Assembly: GCA_004402915.1 (NCBI GenBank)
Contig: SORU01000006.1
Coordinates: 9,705-73,704 of the forward strand
From: Fidelibacterota bacterium MT.SAG.2
GTDB lineage: Bacteria; Fidelibacterota; SORT01
Direction of reading: 5' to 3'
DNA length: 64,000 bases
Shown: piece by piece, positions 28,952 through 38,475 of the stretch
Position numbering within the stretch: position 1 is the first letter of the stretch
Layout: the number at the start of each line of letters is the position of its first letter
Program-made: the position numbers and the translations under genes
The notes under the pieces: generated by a model
Database searches by the model: none
Told to the model about the DNA's origin: nothing
What the model saw: only the letters and a program-made list of their open reading frames with translations

Positions 28952-29409
28952 TAAAAATACTCTCTGTAGCCCTGATATTATTGCTTTCAGATGCTTGCAC
29001 TCCTAATCCTCATTTTCGTTCCGACAAGGCTCCAAAAAGTCAAAGGAAAATTAAAAAACAGAGAAAAAAAACGACAGGATTTGAGAAGATACAATATGGT
29101 ATTTCTTCTTATTACGGTCCGAAATTTCATGGAAAACTGACAGCAAATGGTGAGATTTTTGATATGTACAAGGTTTCAGCCGCCCATCGTTATCTAGCTA
29201 TAGGCACCTTGATAAAAGTAACAAATTTGGATAATAATAGAACTTTGAACATTCGAATCAATGACAGGGGACCTTACGTTAATAACAGAATTTTGGACTG
29301 CTCATATGCAGCCGCGTTAAAACTCGGATTTGTGGAGCAAGGAACTGCAAACATCAAACTTGAGGTACTCGTGATGGGTACGGGTAAAATTGGTACGGGT
29401 AATCCATAG
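28942..29409 (+). CDS. rlpA: RlpA-family (DPBB) septal lytic transglycosylase-like protein
   Basis: GISSYYGPKFHGKLTANGEIFDMY ... AAHRYLAIGTLIKVTNLDNNRTLNIRINDRGPY. Confidence 0.85.
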   Translation: MGLIKILSVALILLLSDACTPNPHFRSDKAPKSQRKIKKQRKKTTGFEKIQYGISSYYGPKFHGKLTANGEIFDMYKVSAAHRYLAIGTLIKVTNLDNNRTLNIRINDRGPYVNNRILDCSYAAALKLGFVEQGTANIKLEVLVMGTGKIGTGNP

Positions 29410-29433
29410 CTACAGATTAATAAGGATAAAATA

Positions 29434-30249
29434 ATGTCAGAAAATATGAAAAGGATCTTGGTATCCCTAATTGGAGGACCTGTGATATTAGGGTCAATTT
29501 ATCTTGGCGGAGTATATTTTTTTATAGTCGTAATTGTTATATCCCTGCTGAGTCAATTAGAATTCTACAATATTGCGCAACAGAAAAACTTAAAAATTTA
29601 CAAATATTTAGGTCTATTGGCGGGATTTGCTCTGCTCTGTCTTTATTATCTGAACAGGGAAGAGTATTTCCTTCCGGCGGTGTTATTTATTTCATTGCTT
29701 TTTCTCATCATTGAGATATTTTCCGGAAGAGAGTCACCCTTGCTTAATACATCGTTAAGCGTGTCAGGGGTCATCTATCCAACTTTATTGATTGGAACGA
29801 TGTATCCTCTTAGGCAAATGGATCACTTGTCGGGCATCCCCGGATTGAACCTCATTGTTGCCTTACTTGCGGGGGTGTGGTTATGCGATACTGCCGCCTA
29901 TTACATCGGTAAAGCTATAGGCAAGCATAAGCTTCTTCCGCGGGTCAGTCCGAACAAAACATGGGAAGGTTCAGCCGCAGGATTTATTGCGTCATTGACA
30001 GCTATTTCCTCATTAAAATATTATGGATTCTTGGGCGATTCATTTACAACAGTTGATATAGCGCTGTTATCACTTTTCACAGGTGTGGGGGGACAGCTCG
30101 GAGATCTCTTTGAATCGCTCATAAAGCGAGATGCAGGTGTGAAGGACTCAGGATTTTTACTACCCGGGCATGGGGGATTTCTCGACCGGTTTGACGCGCT
30201 GATTTTTGCTGCGCCATTGACATATATTTATTTTATTTATTTTAGATAA
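29434..30249 (+). CDS. cdsA: phosphatidate cytidylyltransferase
   Basis: SPNKTWEGSAAGF and KRDAGVKDSGFLLPGHGGFLDRFDA signature. Confidence 0.9.
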   Translation: MSENMKRILVSLIGGPVILGSIYLGGVYFFIVVIVISLLSQLEFYNIAQQKNLKIYKYLGLLAGFALLCLYYLNREEYFLPAVLFISLLFLIIEIFSGRESPLLNTSLSVSGVIYPTLLIGTMYPLRQMDHLSGIPGLNLIVALLAGVWLCDTAAYYIGKAIGKHKLLPRVSPNKTWEGSAAGFIASLTAISSLKYYGFLGDSFTTVDIALLSLFTGVGGQLGDLFESLIKRDAGVKDSGFLLPGHGGFLDRFDALIFAAPLTYIYFIYFR

Positions 30250-30361
30250 ATCGTTTAGAAATTGAATTACATCAGATAAATAATCCTTGTTACTTTATAT
30301 ATTATTTAGATAACTTACTGTGCTGTTGTAGAAATTAATTGTAATTAGATAGGACTAAGAA

Positions 30362-31852
30362 ATGAGTAAAGAGTATAAAAATTATATTGCCGGTGAGTGG
30401 TGTGACGCTCAAAGCGGTAAAAGATTTGAAAATCGAAATCCCGCTGATTGGGATGAGCTTGTCGGAACATTCCCGGATTCAAATTCAGACGATGTAAATA
30501 AAGCTGTTGCTGCCGCTAACGAGTCTTACAAAGAATGGAGTTTGGTTCCAGCGCCTATCAGAGGAAATATGATTCAAAAAGCCGGTGATATTCTTGTAGC
30601 AAGAAAAGAAGAGATAGCCGAACTAATGACCCGTGAAATGGGAAAAGTGCTCACGGAAACAAGGGGTGATACACAAGAAGGTATCGATACGGCATATTAT
30701 TCCGCTTCGGAAGGCAGAAGGATGTTTGGTCATACTGCTCCATCTGAACTTCGGGAAAAAATCAACATGGTCATTCGGCGATCAATTGGAACGGCGGGGA
30801 TTATATCTCCGTGGAATTTCCCTCTCGCAATTCCTACCTGGAAGATATTTCCGGCGCTAACCTCCGGCAATACTGTCGTATTTAAACCGGCATCTGATAC
30901 ACCTGCTACAGCGACTGTGTTTGTTGAGGTATTACTTGAAGCGGGCATTCCTCCGGGCGTCATCAATATCGTTCATGGAGGAGGCTCAACTGTTGGAAAT
31001 CCGATCGTAGAGCATCCCGACATAAATATCATTTCCTTTACCGGCTCTTCGGCAGTTGGAAAACTTATAGCCTCTTCGGGAGGAAGGGATTTGAAAAGAG
31101 TTTCCTTAGAATTAGGCGGCAAAAACGCCCAGATAGTGATGGACGACGCAGACGTAGATCTTGCTGTCGAGGGAGTTCTTTGGGGAGCATTCGGCACCAC
31201 AGGACAGAGATGTACGGCTACGAGCAGACTGATCGTTCAAGAAGGTGTCTATGACAAGATGATGGGTCAACTTATTGAAAGAGTTGACGCTCTCAAGCTA
31301 GGTAACGGCTTGGACGAATCTGTAGATGTCGGACCGATAGTGAACGAAGAACAGCGTAAAAGTGTTCACGATTATATTGAAATTGGAAAAGCTGAAGGCG
31401 CAAAATTATCCATCGGAGGAGAAAATGCCACAGGCGGTGAACTCGACAAAGGCTGGTTCTATAAACCTACTCTCTTCGAGGACGTTGATCCCGAAATGAG
31501 AATAGCAAAGGAAGAGATCTTCGGACCTGTATTAAGTGTGCTCAAGTTTAAAACATATGATGAAGCAATTGATATATGTAATAATGTAGATTACGGTCTA
31601 TCCTCCAGCATATTTACAAAAAATGTAAATCATGCTTTCAAAGCGGTTCAGGATATAGAAGCAGGTATAACCTACGTTAACGGTCCTACAATCGGAGCGG
31701 AATGTCATATGCCTTTCGGAGGTTGCAAAGATACAGGTAACGGTCATAGAGAGGGAGGGTCAAGCGCATTCGATTTCTTTACCGAAGAGAAAACTGTATA
31801 TATTGATTTCTCGGGAAAACTTCAGAGAGCTCAGATAGACACAGAACAGTAA
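30362..31852 (+). CDS. NAD(P)-dependent aldehyde dehydrogenase; by context possibly aminoadipate-semialdehyde/piperideine-6-carboxylate dehydrogenase
   Basis: ALDH motifs ELGGKNA, GQRCTATSR (catalytic Cys) and EEIFGPVL. It lies immediately upstream of the lysine 6-transaminase gene. Confidence 0.8.
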   Translation: MSKEYKNYIAGEWCDAQSGKRFENRNPADWDELVGTFPDSNSDDVNKAVAAANESYKEWSLVPAPIRGNMIQKAGDILVARKEEIAELMTREMGKVLTETRGDTQEGIDTAYYSASEGRRMFGHTAPSELREKINMVIRRSIGTAGIISPWNFPLAIPTWKIFPALTSGNTVVFKPASDTPATATVFVEVLLEAGIPPGVINIVHGGGSTVGNPIVEHPDINIISFTGSSAVGKLIASSGGRDLKRVSLELGGKNAQIVMDDADVDLAVEGVLWGAFGTTGQRCTATSRLIVQEGVYDKMMGQLIERVDALKLGNGLDESVDVGPIVNEEQRKSVHDYIEIGKAEGAKLSIGGENATGGELDKGWFYKPTLFEDVDPEMRIAKEEIFGPVLSVLKFKTYDEAIDICNNVDYGLSSSIFTKNVNHAFKAVQDIEAGITYVNGPTIGAECHMPFGGCKDTGNGHREGGSSAFDFFTEEKTVYIDFSGKLQRAQIDTEQ

Positions 31853-31876
31853 TTACTTAAAGAAATGTGAGAGTAT

Positions 31877-33187
31877 ATGCAGATTAACGCAAATAAAGTA
31901 AAAGAAGTCCTTTCTAAACACGTCCTTACAGATGGTATTGATCCAATATTTGATGAGGAACAGAGCGAAGGTTCATGGTTCGTGGATAAACGAAACGGGA
32001 GAAAATATTTAGACCTGTTTTCATTTTTTGCCTCTTCACCGGTCGGTTTCAATCATAGTAGAATTCGAGGATCAGCAGAAAAACTTGGCAAGATCGCAAA
32101 ACATAAACCGACAAATTCGGATATTTATACAGATACATATGCTGAGTTCGTTCAAACTTTCAGCGAGATAGGAATACCGGAAGAACTTCCCTATGCATTC
32201 TTTATCGAAGGTGGAACATTGGGAGTTGAAAATGCGTTAAAAGCAGCATTTGATTGGAAAGTCAGGAAGAATCTTTCTAAAGGAAAAGCTGAATTAGGCA
32301 GCAAGATCATTCATTTCCGTAATGCATTTCATGGGAGATCGGGATATACTTTATCGCTCACAAACACTGAAGAACAGAAGATAAAATACTTTCCGAAGTT
32401 TGATTGGCCCCGAATCGATTCTCCGGCAATACGATTCCCTCTTGAAGAAAATCTTGATTCTCTGATAGAAGAAGAGAAAAAATCGGTAGATCAGATTAAA
32501 AAAGCCATTAGTGATTATCCCGATAATATTGCTGCTATTATTATAGAATCGATTCAATCTGAAGGAGGCGACAACCATTTCAGAGGTGAATTTCTCGCAG
32601 AATTAAGAACCATAGCTGATGAATCAGAATTGATGTTGATTTTTGACGAGGTTCAAACAGGAGTCGGTCTTACGGGAAAATTCTGGGCGTATGAACATCT
32701 CGGTGTAAAACCGGATATGATTGCGTTCGGTAAGAAAATGCAGGTATGCGGCTTTTTATCAAGCACTCGCATCGATGATATTGAAGAAAATGTATTCAAA
32801 TCTTCCGGCAGATTAAATTCTACATTCGGCGGCAATCTCGTCGACATGGCGAGAACTACCATCTACTTAGAAATCATTCGTGATGAGGGATTATTGGAGA
32901 AAGCCGAAGTTACAGGTAAATACCTTCTTTACCGAATCGAGGCGCTGCAGGATGAATTCAGCGGGTTTGTTTCAAACGCACGTGGTAGAGGATTATTTTG
33001 CGCATTTGATCTGCCAACATCAGATGACAGAAATAAATTAATCGAAAAAATTATGGATAACGGCGCCCTGATTCTCGGTTGCGGCGAAAAATCTATTAGA
33101 TTCAGACCGTCTCTCAATATCTCTACAGATAATATTGACAGAGGTATCGAGATAATTGAACAGTCCATCAAAAGTCATATATCTTAA
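31877..33187 (+). CDS. lat: L-lysine 6-transaminase (class III aminotransferase)
   Basis: The N-terminal pattern HVLTDGIDPIFDEEQSEGSWFVDKRNGRKYLDLFSFFASSPVGFNH resembles the LAT family. FDEVQTGVGLTGKFWA ... AFGKK contains the PLP lysine. Confidence 0.7.
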   Translation: MQINANKVKEVLSKHVLTDGIDPIFDEEQSEGSWFVDKRNGRKYLDLFSFFASSPVGFNHSRIRGSAEKLGKIAKHKPTNSDIYTDTYAEFVQTFSEIGIPEELPYAFFIEGGTLGVENALKAAFDWKVRKNLSKGKAELGSKIIHFRNAFHGRSGYTLSLTNTEEQKIKYFPKFDWPRIDSPAIRFPLEENLDSLIEEEKKSVDQIKKAISDYPDNIAAIIIESIQSEGGDNHFRGEFLAELRTIADESELMLIFDEVQTGVGLTGKFWAYEHLGVKPDMIAFGKKMQVCGFLSSTRIDDIEENVFKSSGRLNSTFGGNLVDMARTTIYLEIIRDEGLLEKAEVTGKYLLYRIEALQDEFSGFVSNARGRGLFCAFDLPTSDDRNKLIEKIMDNGALILGCGEKSIRFRPSLNISTDNIDRGIEIIEQSIKSHIS

Positions 33188-33199
33188 TTTAGATGTCAG

Positions 33200-33877
33200 T
33201 TGGAGAAAGGAATATTATATATAGTGGCAACGCCTATCGGTAATCTTGAAGATATTTCTTTCAGAGCTGTAGAAACCTTAAAAACAGTTGATGTAGTGGC
33301 TTGCGAGGATACGCGCAGAACCGGTAAATTATTGAATCATTATGAGATACACACCAAGATGACTCCCTATCACGATCATAATAAGGAACATAAAACTCCC
33401 TCTTTGATCGAAATGCTAAAAAATGGTAAATCTATTGCTCTTGTTTCCGATGCCGGAACACCGTCTATCTCCGATCCCGGATTTTATTTAATTAGAGAGG
33501 CTATCAAGAATGAGCTGCAAATTTCTCCTATACCGGGACCTTCCGCACTGATCTCTGCTGCAATTGTATCCGGACTATCAATAAACAGATTCAGTTTTGA
33601 AGGTTACTTACCAAGAAAAAAAGGTAGAACCAAAAGACTTAAACAACTTGCAGAGTATGACGTTACAATAGTAATTTTCGAAGGACCGCATAGAATATTA
33701 AAAACATTGCGGGATCTTAGGAGCTTTCTTGGTGACAGGAAGGCAGCAATAGGTCGGGAGATGACAAAAATAAATGAAGAATTTCTGAGAGGTAATTTGT
33801 CTGATTTGATAGCAATCTTCGCTGAACGAAAGCCGAAAGGTGAATTTGTTATTTTGGTGGAACGAAATGAAAAATAA
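33200..33877 (+). CDS. rsmI: 16S rRNA (cytidine1402-2'-O)-methyltransferase
   Basis: LYIVATPIGNLEDISFRAVETLKTVDVVACEDTRRTGKLL. TTG start. Confidence 0.9.
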   Translation: MEKGILYIVATPIGNLEDISFRAVETLKTVDVVACEDTRRTGKLLNHYEIHTKMTPYHDHNKEHKTPSLIEMLKNGKSIALVSDAGTPSISDPGFYLIREAIKNELQISPIPGPSALISAAIVSGLSINRFSFEGYLPRKKGRTKRLKQLAEYDVTIVIFEGPHRILKTLRDLRSFLGDRKAAIGREMTKINEEFLRGNLSDLIAIFAERKPKGEFVILVERNEK

Positions 33878-34565
33878 AGTCGAAATACCGGAAGAATATA
33901 ATGACAAAATTTATAAGGAGGGATTTAATCCTATACCCCCATTTTTGGTAAAGGGATATCTAAGTATAATACTGCCATTAACGGATTTTTTCAGATCGCT
34001 GAATATTAATCCTAATGCACTTACTACATTGGGAACAATATTTACAATCGTCGGCGCAATATTTTTCGCATTATCATACTTACGACTTGGGGGAATATTT
34101 ATCGTACTCGGCGCGGTTTGCGATACGATGGACGGCAAAATAGCAAGAGACAGTGATAAAAAATCCAATTTTGGCGCTTTTTATGATTCAGTCATGGATC
34201 GTTATTCTGAAATTATCATGTTCTTTGGCATTGCTGTTCATTTTGTCAGACATGACTCTTACTGGACTTCTGTTGCGATTTTTGCGGCTTTGGGAGGGTC
34301 GGTGATGGTGAGCTATGTGCGGGCGAGAGCTGAAGGATTGGGATTTGAATGTACAGTTGGAATGATGCAGCGACCGGAGCGAATCGCATATATCTCTGTT
34401 GGAGCTATCATTGGAGAATTGCCACTGATAAAAGAACTATTCTTGATGCTTGCGATCTGGGTGATTGCAATATTATCTAATTTTACGGCAATACAACGAA
34501 TTATCTACGTTTATCAGAGTGCAAAAGAGAGGGCGAAAAATGAGACGGCCAAAGTGGGTAAATAA
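33867..34565 (+). CDS. CDP-alcohol phosphatidyltransferase; by context a candidate phosphatidylinositol-phosphate synthase
   Basis: Complete motif DTMDGKIARDSDKKSNFGAFYDSVMD (D-x2-DG-x2-AR-x8-G-x3-D-x3-D) with multiple TM segments. ATG 33867 overlaps the rsmI end. It is adjacent to the inositol-3-phosphate synthase gene. Confidence 0.75.
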   Translation: MKNKVEIPEEYNDKIYKEGFNPIPPFLVKGYLSIILPLTDFFRSLNINPNALTTLGTIFTIVGAIFFALSYLRLGGIFIVLGAVCDTMDGKIARDSDKKSNFGAFYDSVMDRYSEIIMFFGIAVHFVRHDSYWTSVAIFAALGGSVMVSYVRARAEGLGFECTVGMMQRPERIAYISVGAIIGELPLIKELFLMLAIWVIAILSNFTAIQRIIYVYQSAKERAKNETAKVGK

Positions 34566-34611
34566 TAAATTAGTAATGTTTTTTAAATAAGAGAATTAGG
34601 GGAACAGATAG

Positions 34612-35931
34612 ATGTTAAGAGGTAATAACATACCTAAAGCGGAGGGGAAATTAGGAATACTCCTACCCGGAATGGGAGCTGTCACTACTACCTTCATAGC
34701 CGGTGTTGAGTCGGTACGTAAAGGATTGCATACACCTGTTGGTTCGTTGACACAACTTGGTACGATAAGGCTTGGTAAGCGAACCGAAGATAAATCGCCA
34801 AAGATAAATGATTTTGTTTCATTAGCAGGTCTTAAGGACATAGTTTTTGGTGGATGGGACATATTTGAAGAAGATATGTACAGTGCCGCAAAAAACAGCG
34901 GGGTTTTAAAAAATGAGGATCTTGAACCGATAAAAGATTTTCTCTCTGCAATTAAACCAATGAAGGCAGTGTTCGATAAGAATTATATTAAAAATATCGA
35001 AGGCAGCTGGGTAAAAGAAGCCGAGTCAAAGTATGAGTTAGGCGAAGCACTAAGGCAAGACATACGAGATTTCAAAGAAAAAAACGACTTGGACAGAATT
35101 GTTATTGTATGGGCTGCGAGTACCGAAGCTTACATTAAATCCGGGGATGTCCACGCATCTTTAGATTCGTTCGAGAAAGGATTAAAAGAGAGTGACCCCG
35201 ATATTGCTCCGAGTATGATCTATGCCTGGGCAGCTTTAAAGGAGGGGGTACCTTTCGCCAATGGCGCGCCTAATCTTACAACGGATATTCCCGCTCTGTA
35301 TGAATTGGCTGAAAAAGAAAAAGTTCCGATATCCGGTAAGGATTTTAAAACAGGGCAGACTTTCATTAAGACCATCATCGCTCCCGGCTTGAAAGCGCGA
35401 TTACTTGGTCTTCACGGTTGGTTCTCAACGAATATACTCGGCAACAGAGACGGAGAAGTCTTAGATGATCCCGCATCATTCAAGACGAAAGAGGAAAGTA
35501 AACTCTCCGTCTTAGAATATATATTGCAGCCTGATAAACATCCTGAACTTTACAAGGATTTTTATCATAAGGTGAGAATAAATTATTATCCGCCGCGTGG
35601 TGATGATAAAGAGGGTTGGGATAGCATAGATATATTCGGTTGGATGGGTTACCCCATGCAGATAAAGATAGATTTCCTTTGCAGGGACAGTATACTTGCC
35701 GCTCCAATAGTTCTTGACCTCGCACTTTTCATGGACCTTGCGAAAAGAGCAGGTATGTCAGGAATCCAGGAATGGCTGTCATTCTATTATAAAAGCCCTC
35801 TCACCGCACCCGGTTTATATCCGGAACACGATCTTTTCATTCAACAGGCGAAATTGAAAAATACACTTAGATATATGATGGAAGAAGAACAGATAACTCA
35901 TCTCGGAATCGAATATTACGAAAATGAATGA
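34612..35931 (+). CDS. inositol-3-phosphate synthase (myo-inositol-1-phosphate synthase)
   Basis: 439 aa. GILLPGMGAVTTTFIAGV Rossmann start, ANGAPN, and the SILAAPIVLDL region are typical of bacterial/archaeal MIPS. Confidence 0.8.
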   Translation: MLRGNNIPKAEGKLGILLPGMGAVTTTFIAGVESVRKGLHTPVGSLTQLGTIRLGKRTEDKSPKINDFVSLAGLKDIVFGGWDIFEEDMYSAAKNSGVLKNEDLEPIKDFLSAIKPMKAVFDKNYIKNIEGSWVKEAESKYELGEALRQDIRDFKEKNDLDRIVIVWAASTEAYIKSGDVHASLDSFEKGLKESDPDIAPSMIYAWAALKEGVPFANGAPNLTTDIPALYELAEKEKVPISGKDFKTGQTFIKTIIAPGLKARLLGLHGWFSTNILGNRDGEVLDDPASFKTKEESKLSVLEYILQPDKHPELYKDFYHKVRINYYPPRGDDKEGWDSIDIFGWMGYPMQIKIDFLCRDSILAAPIVLDLALFMDLAKRAGMSGIQEWLSFYYKSPLTAPGLYPEHDLFIQQAKLKNTLRYMMEEEQITHLGIEYYENE

Positions 35932-36604
35932 GAAGGAAACAAAAGGTATTTTCGTCACGTTTGAAGGAATAGACGGTTCGGGAAAATCTACTCAAGCAAA
36001 CTCCCTTCTCCGCAGAGTGCAAGAGAATGGATTTAATGCAGTTTTATTCAGAGAACCTGGAGGTACGAGAATATCCGAGCAGATTCGTCAAATATTACTG
36101 AACACGAAGCATACCGAAATGGTGGCGATAACTGAAGTATTGTTATACTCCGCCGCAAGAGCACAACTAACAGAAGAGATGGTAATTCCGGGACTGCACG
36201 AGAATGATATAGTAATTTGCGATCGGTATTACGACTCTACCACTGCATATCAAGGCTATGGCAGGGGGATAAACATGGAATTCATTAATGCCTTAACCAG
36301 TGAAGCTGCTAACAGAATCGAACCTGATCTGACCTTTTTAGTTGATGTAAGTGTCGATCTTGCAGAAAAGCGGTCAAGCACAATAGGGAAGCGAGATAGG
36401 ATTGAATTGGAAAGTATTGAATTTAAAAAGAAAGTAATAGAAGGATTCAGGGAGATAGCAGAAAATAATCCTAATCGAATAGTTATTCTCGACGGAAGTG
36501 AAGACATTGAGCAGCTGACTGACATCGCATGGAATAAAATTCATACTCTCTTAGAGAAAGAGGGGATTGAAATAGCTCCTGAAGGGAATAGTGAAAGTAT
36601 CTAA
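35924..36604 (+). CDS. tmk: dTMP kinase
   Basis: FVTFEGIDGSGKSTQ P-loop and DRYYDSTTAYQG. Confidence 0.9.
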   Translation: MNEKETKGIFVTFEGIDGSGKSTQANSLLRRVQENGFNAVLFREPGGTRISEQIRQILLNTKHTEMVAITEVLLYSAARAQLTEEMVIPGLHENDIVICDRYYDSTTAYQGYGRGINMEFINALTSEAANRIEPDLTFLVDVSVDLAEKRSSTIGKRDRIELESIEFKKKVIEGFREIAENNPNRIVILDGSEDIEQLTDIAWNKIHTLLEKEGIEIAPEGNSESI

Positions 36605-38243
36605 AACATTACTCTCTTACAGCGCGATATTCGTGTTTGTTCTGTTACTCTACACAGGAAGCAGCTTGCTTTCCGCACCTGATAACTACTTAAAGATCAG
36701 TCAAGGACTAAAATTATTCAGTCAAGTATATAAGCAGGTAAGTTCTACTTATGTAGACGAAATCGACCCTGAATCATTCATAGAGGCTGCGATAAGGGGG
36801 ATGCTCAAGACTTTGGATCCATATACAGCATACTACTCTCCCGAAAATAGCAGCGGGATCAATATGCTGACTACCGGCAGTTATGGCGGTGTGGGAATCA
36901 GGCTTGGGATGAGAGGAGACTCTCTAACAGTTATCTCTCCAATGGAAGGAACTCCGGCAGGACGAAGCGGGATAATAGCCGGCGATAAAATAATAAAAAT
37001 AGACGGTTTAAGTACAGCCGGATTGAAACTTGACGCTGCTGCAGATATGATCAGGGGACCGGAAGGTGAAGAAGTAGAATTGAAAATATCCCGTCATGGA
37101 TTCAACGGGGCAATTGATTTCATATTGGTAAGAGAAAAAATAATCTTGAATGAGGTGATTTATTCCGGATTCATCAAAGAGAACATCGGCTATATAAGAC
37201 TTACAGGTTTTTCCAAGAGTTCAGTGTCCAAATTTAAAGAGTCTCTGACTGAATTGATAAACGATGGTCTTGAAGGCGTAATAATCGATCTTAGGGATAA
37301 TCCCGGTGGATTATTGGATGCAGCGTTAAAAATTAGCGATATGTTCATAGACAAAGGCGAACTGCTTGTATCTACCAAAGGAAGAATTCGCCAGATGAAT
37401 AAAAAACACTACTCGAAAAAAAATCCTATCATTGACAGAGATATCGAGCTTGTGGTAATTGTTAATGCCGGCTCCGCAAGCGCAAGCGAGATTTTTGCTG
37501 GGGTGGTGCAGGACCTCGATAGGGGTGTAATAGTAGGTAATAAGACATTTGGCAAGGGTCTGGTTCAATCGGTGATTTCGCTGCCTTATGATAAGAAAGT
37601 AAAGGTAACAACCGGAAAATATTATATCCCAAGCGGCAGACTGATACAAAAAGAGGATTATTTCCACAAAGGCTCTTCGATTATTCGCGACGAGAGTGAT
37701 TCGCTGTTCGCCACTTTGAACGGCAGAGCTGTTTTCGGCGGAGGCGGAATTACTCCAGACGTCATAGTGGAGTCTCCAAAATCTTCAAAACTTATCTCCG
37801 ATCTCTGGCGCAAGAATATGTTCTATAAATATTCAGGCATTTGGACAACGAAGCATCCTGAAGCAATCGCCCCTGTTACTCTTGAGGATTCAGACGTGAT
37901 CGAATTCATTGATTTTATTGTAAATTCAGATTTTAAATACGATAGTGATGTGAGAAAGGCTTACACATCTTTGATAAAGGCGCTCGAAGCAAATCAATAT
38001 CCTGAAAATGTCGTAGATGAAATCAAGGCGGTTGAAAGTAAGTTTTATAGTCTTAAGGATGAATTCACTGAAACGGATGTCGGAATAATAAAATCAGTTC
38101 TCTCCCGGGAAATATCTGAAATGATCGGAAGAACTAAAGGGAGATATGAATCTATATTCCTTACCGATAAGGTGATATTGAGATCTGTTGAATTGTTGGA
38201 AAATAATATGTTCTATAATCAAACTCTTGGATATATCGAATAA
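36591..38243 (+). CDS. S41-family carboxy-terminal processing peptidase with PDZ domain
   Basis: PDZ region (GTPAGRSGIIAGDKIIKIDG), DLRDNPGGLL, GSASASEIFAG and FGKGLVQS. GTG start overlapping tmk. Confidence 0.85.
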   Translation: MKVSKTLLSYSAIFVFVLLLYTGSSLLSAPDNYLKISQGLKLFSQVYKQVSSTYVDEIDPESFIEAAIRGMLKTLDPYTAYYSPENSSGINMLTTGSYGGVGIRLGMRGDSLTVISPMEGTPAGRSGIIAGDKIIKIDGLSTAGLKLDAAADMIRGPEGEEVELKISRHGFNGAIDFILVREKIILNEVIYSGFIKENIGYIRLTGFSKSSVSKFKESLTELINDGLEGVIIDLRDNPGGLLDAALKISDMFIDKGELLVSTKGRIRQMNKKHYSKKNPIIDRDIELVVIVNAGSASASEIFAGVVQDLDRGVIVGNKTFGKGLVQSVISLPYDKKVKVTTGKYYIPSGRLIQKEDYFHKGSSIIRDESDSLFATLNGRAVFGGGGITPDVIVESPKSSKLISDLWRKNMFYKYSGIWTTKHPEAIAPVTLEDSDVIEFIDFIVNSDFKYDSDVRKAYTSLIKALEANQYPENVVDEIKAVESKFYSLKDEFTETDVGIIKSVLSREISEMIGRTKGRYESIFLTDKVILRSVELLENNMFYNQTLGYIE

Positions 38244-38396
38244 TCTTTAATTTCGCTGATATTCCATTAAAAATCTTGAATAAATCTTTTATCTCTTGAC
38301 ATGCATTTCATAATGAATTACTTTTGCAAAGCTATGGAATATAACGTTTTAACGGTAGTTTCAGAACAAACTACTCGAAGCGTAAATAGCTTAAAG

Positions 38397-38470
38397 GGGC
38401 GGTTAGCTCAGTTGGTTAGAGTGCTTGCTCGACACGCAAGAAGTCACTGGTTCGAGTCCAGTACCGCCTA
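38397..38470 (+). tRNA. tRNA-Val (anticodon GAC) with C instead of U at position 33
   Basis: A manual cloverleaf fits 74 nt: acceptor GGGCGGT/ACCGCCT (G1-U72 wobble), D arm GCTC-AGTTGGTTA-GAGT, anticodon arm CTTGC-TCGACAC-GCAAG, variable AAGTC, T arm ACTGG-TTCGAGT-CCAGT, discriminator A. No encoded CCA. Confidence 0.8.
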
Positions 38471-38475
38471 CACGA

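Noticed and set aside
38425-38475. N-terminal extension of the thrS ORF (track start 38425), plus small ORFs 38301..38492 (+) and 38403..38597 (-)
   Set aside because: All of them run through the tRNA-Val gene. The ThrRS TGS domain begins at the ATG at 38476 (MKEEIKITLPDG), so the upstream part is tRNA sequence that happens to be open.
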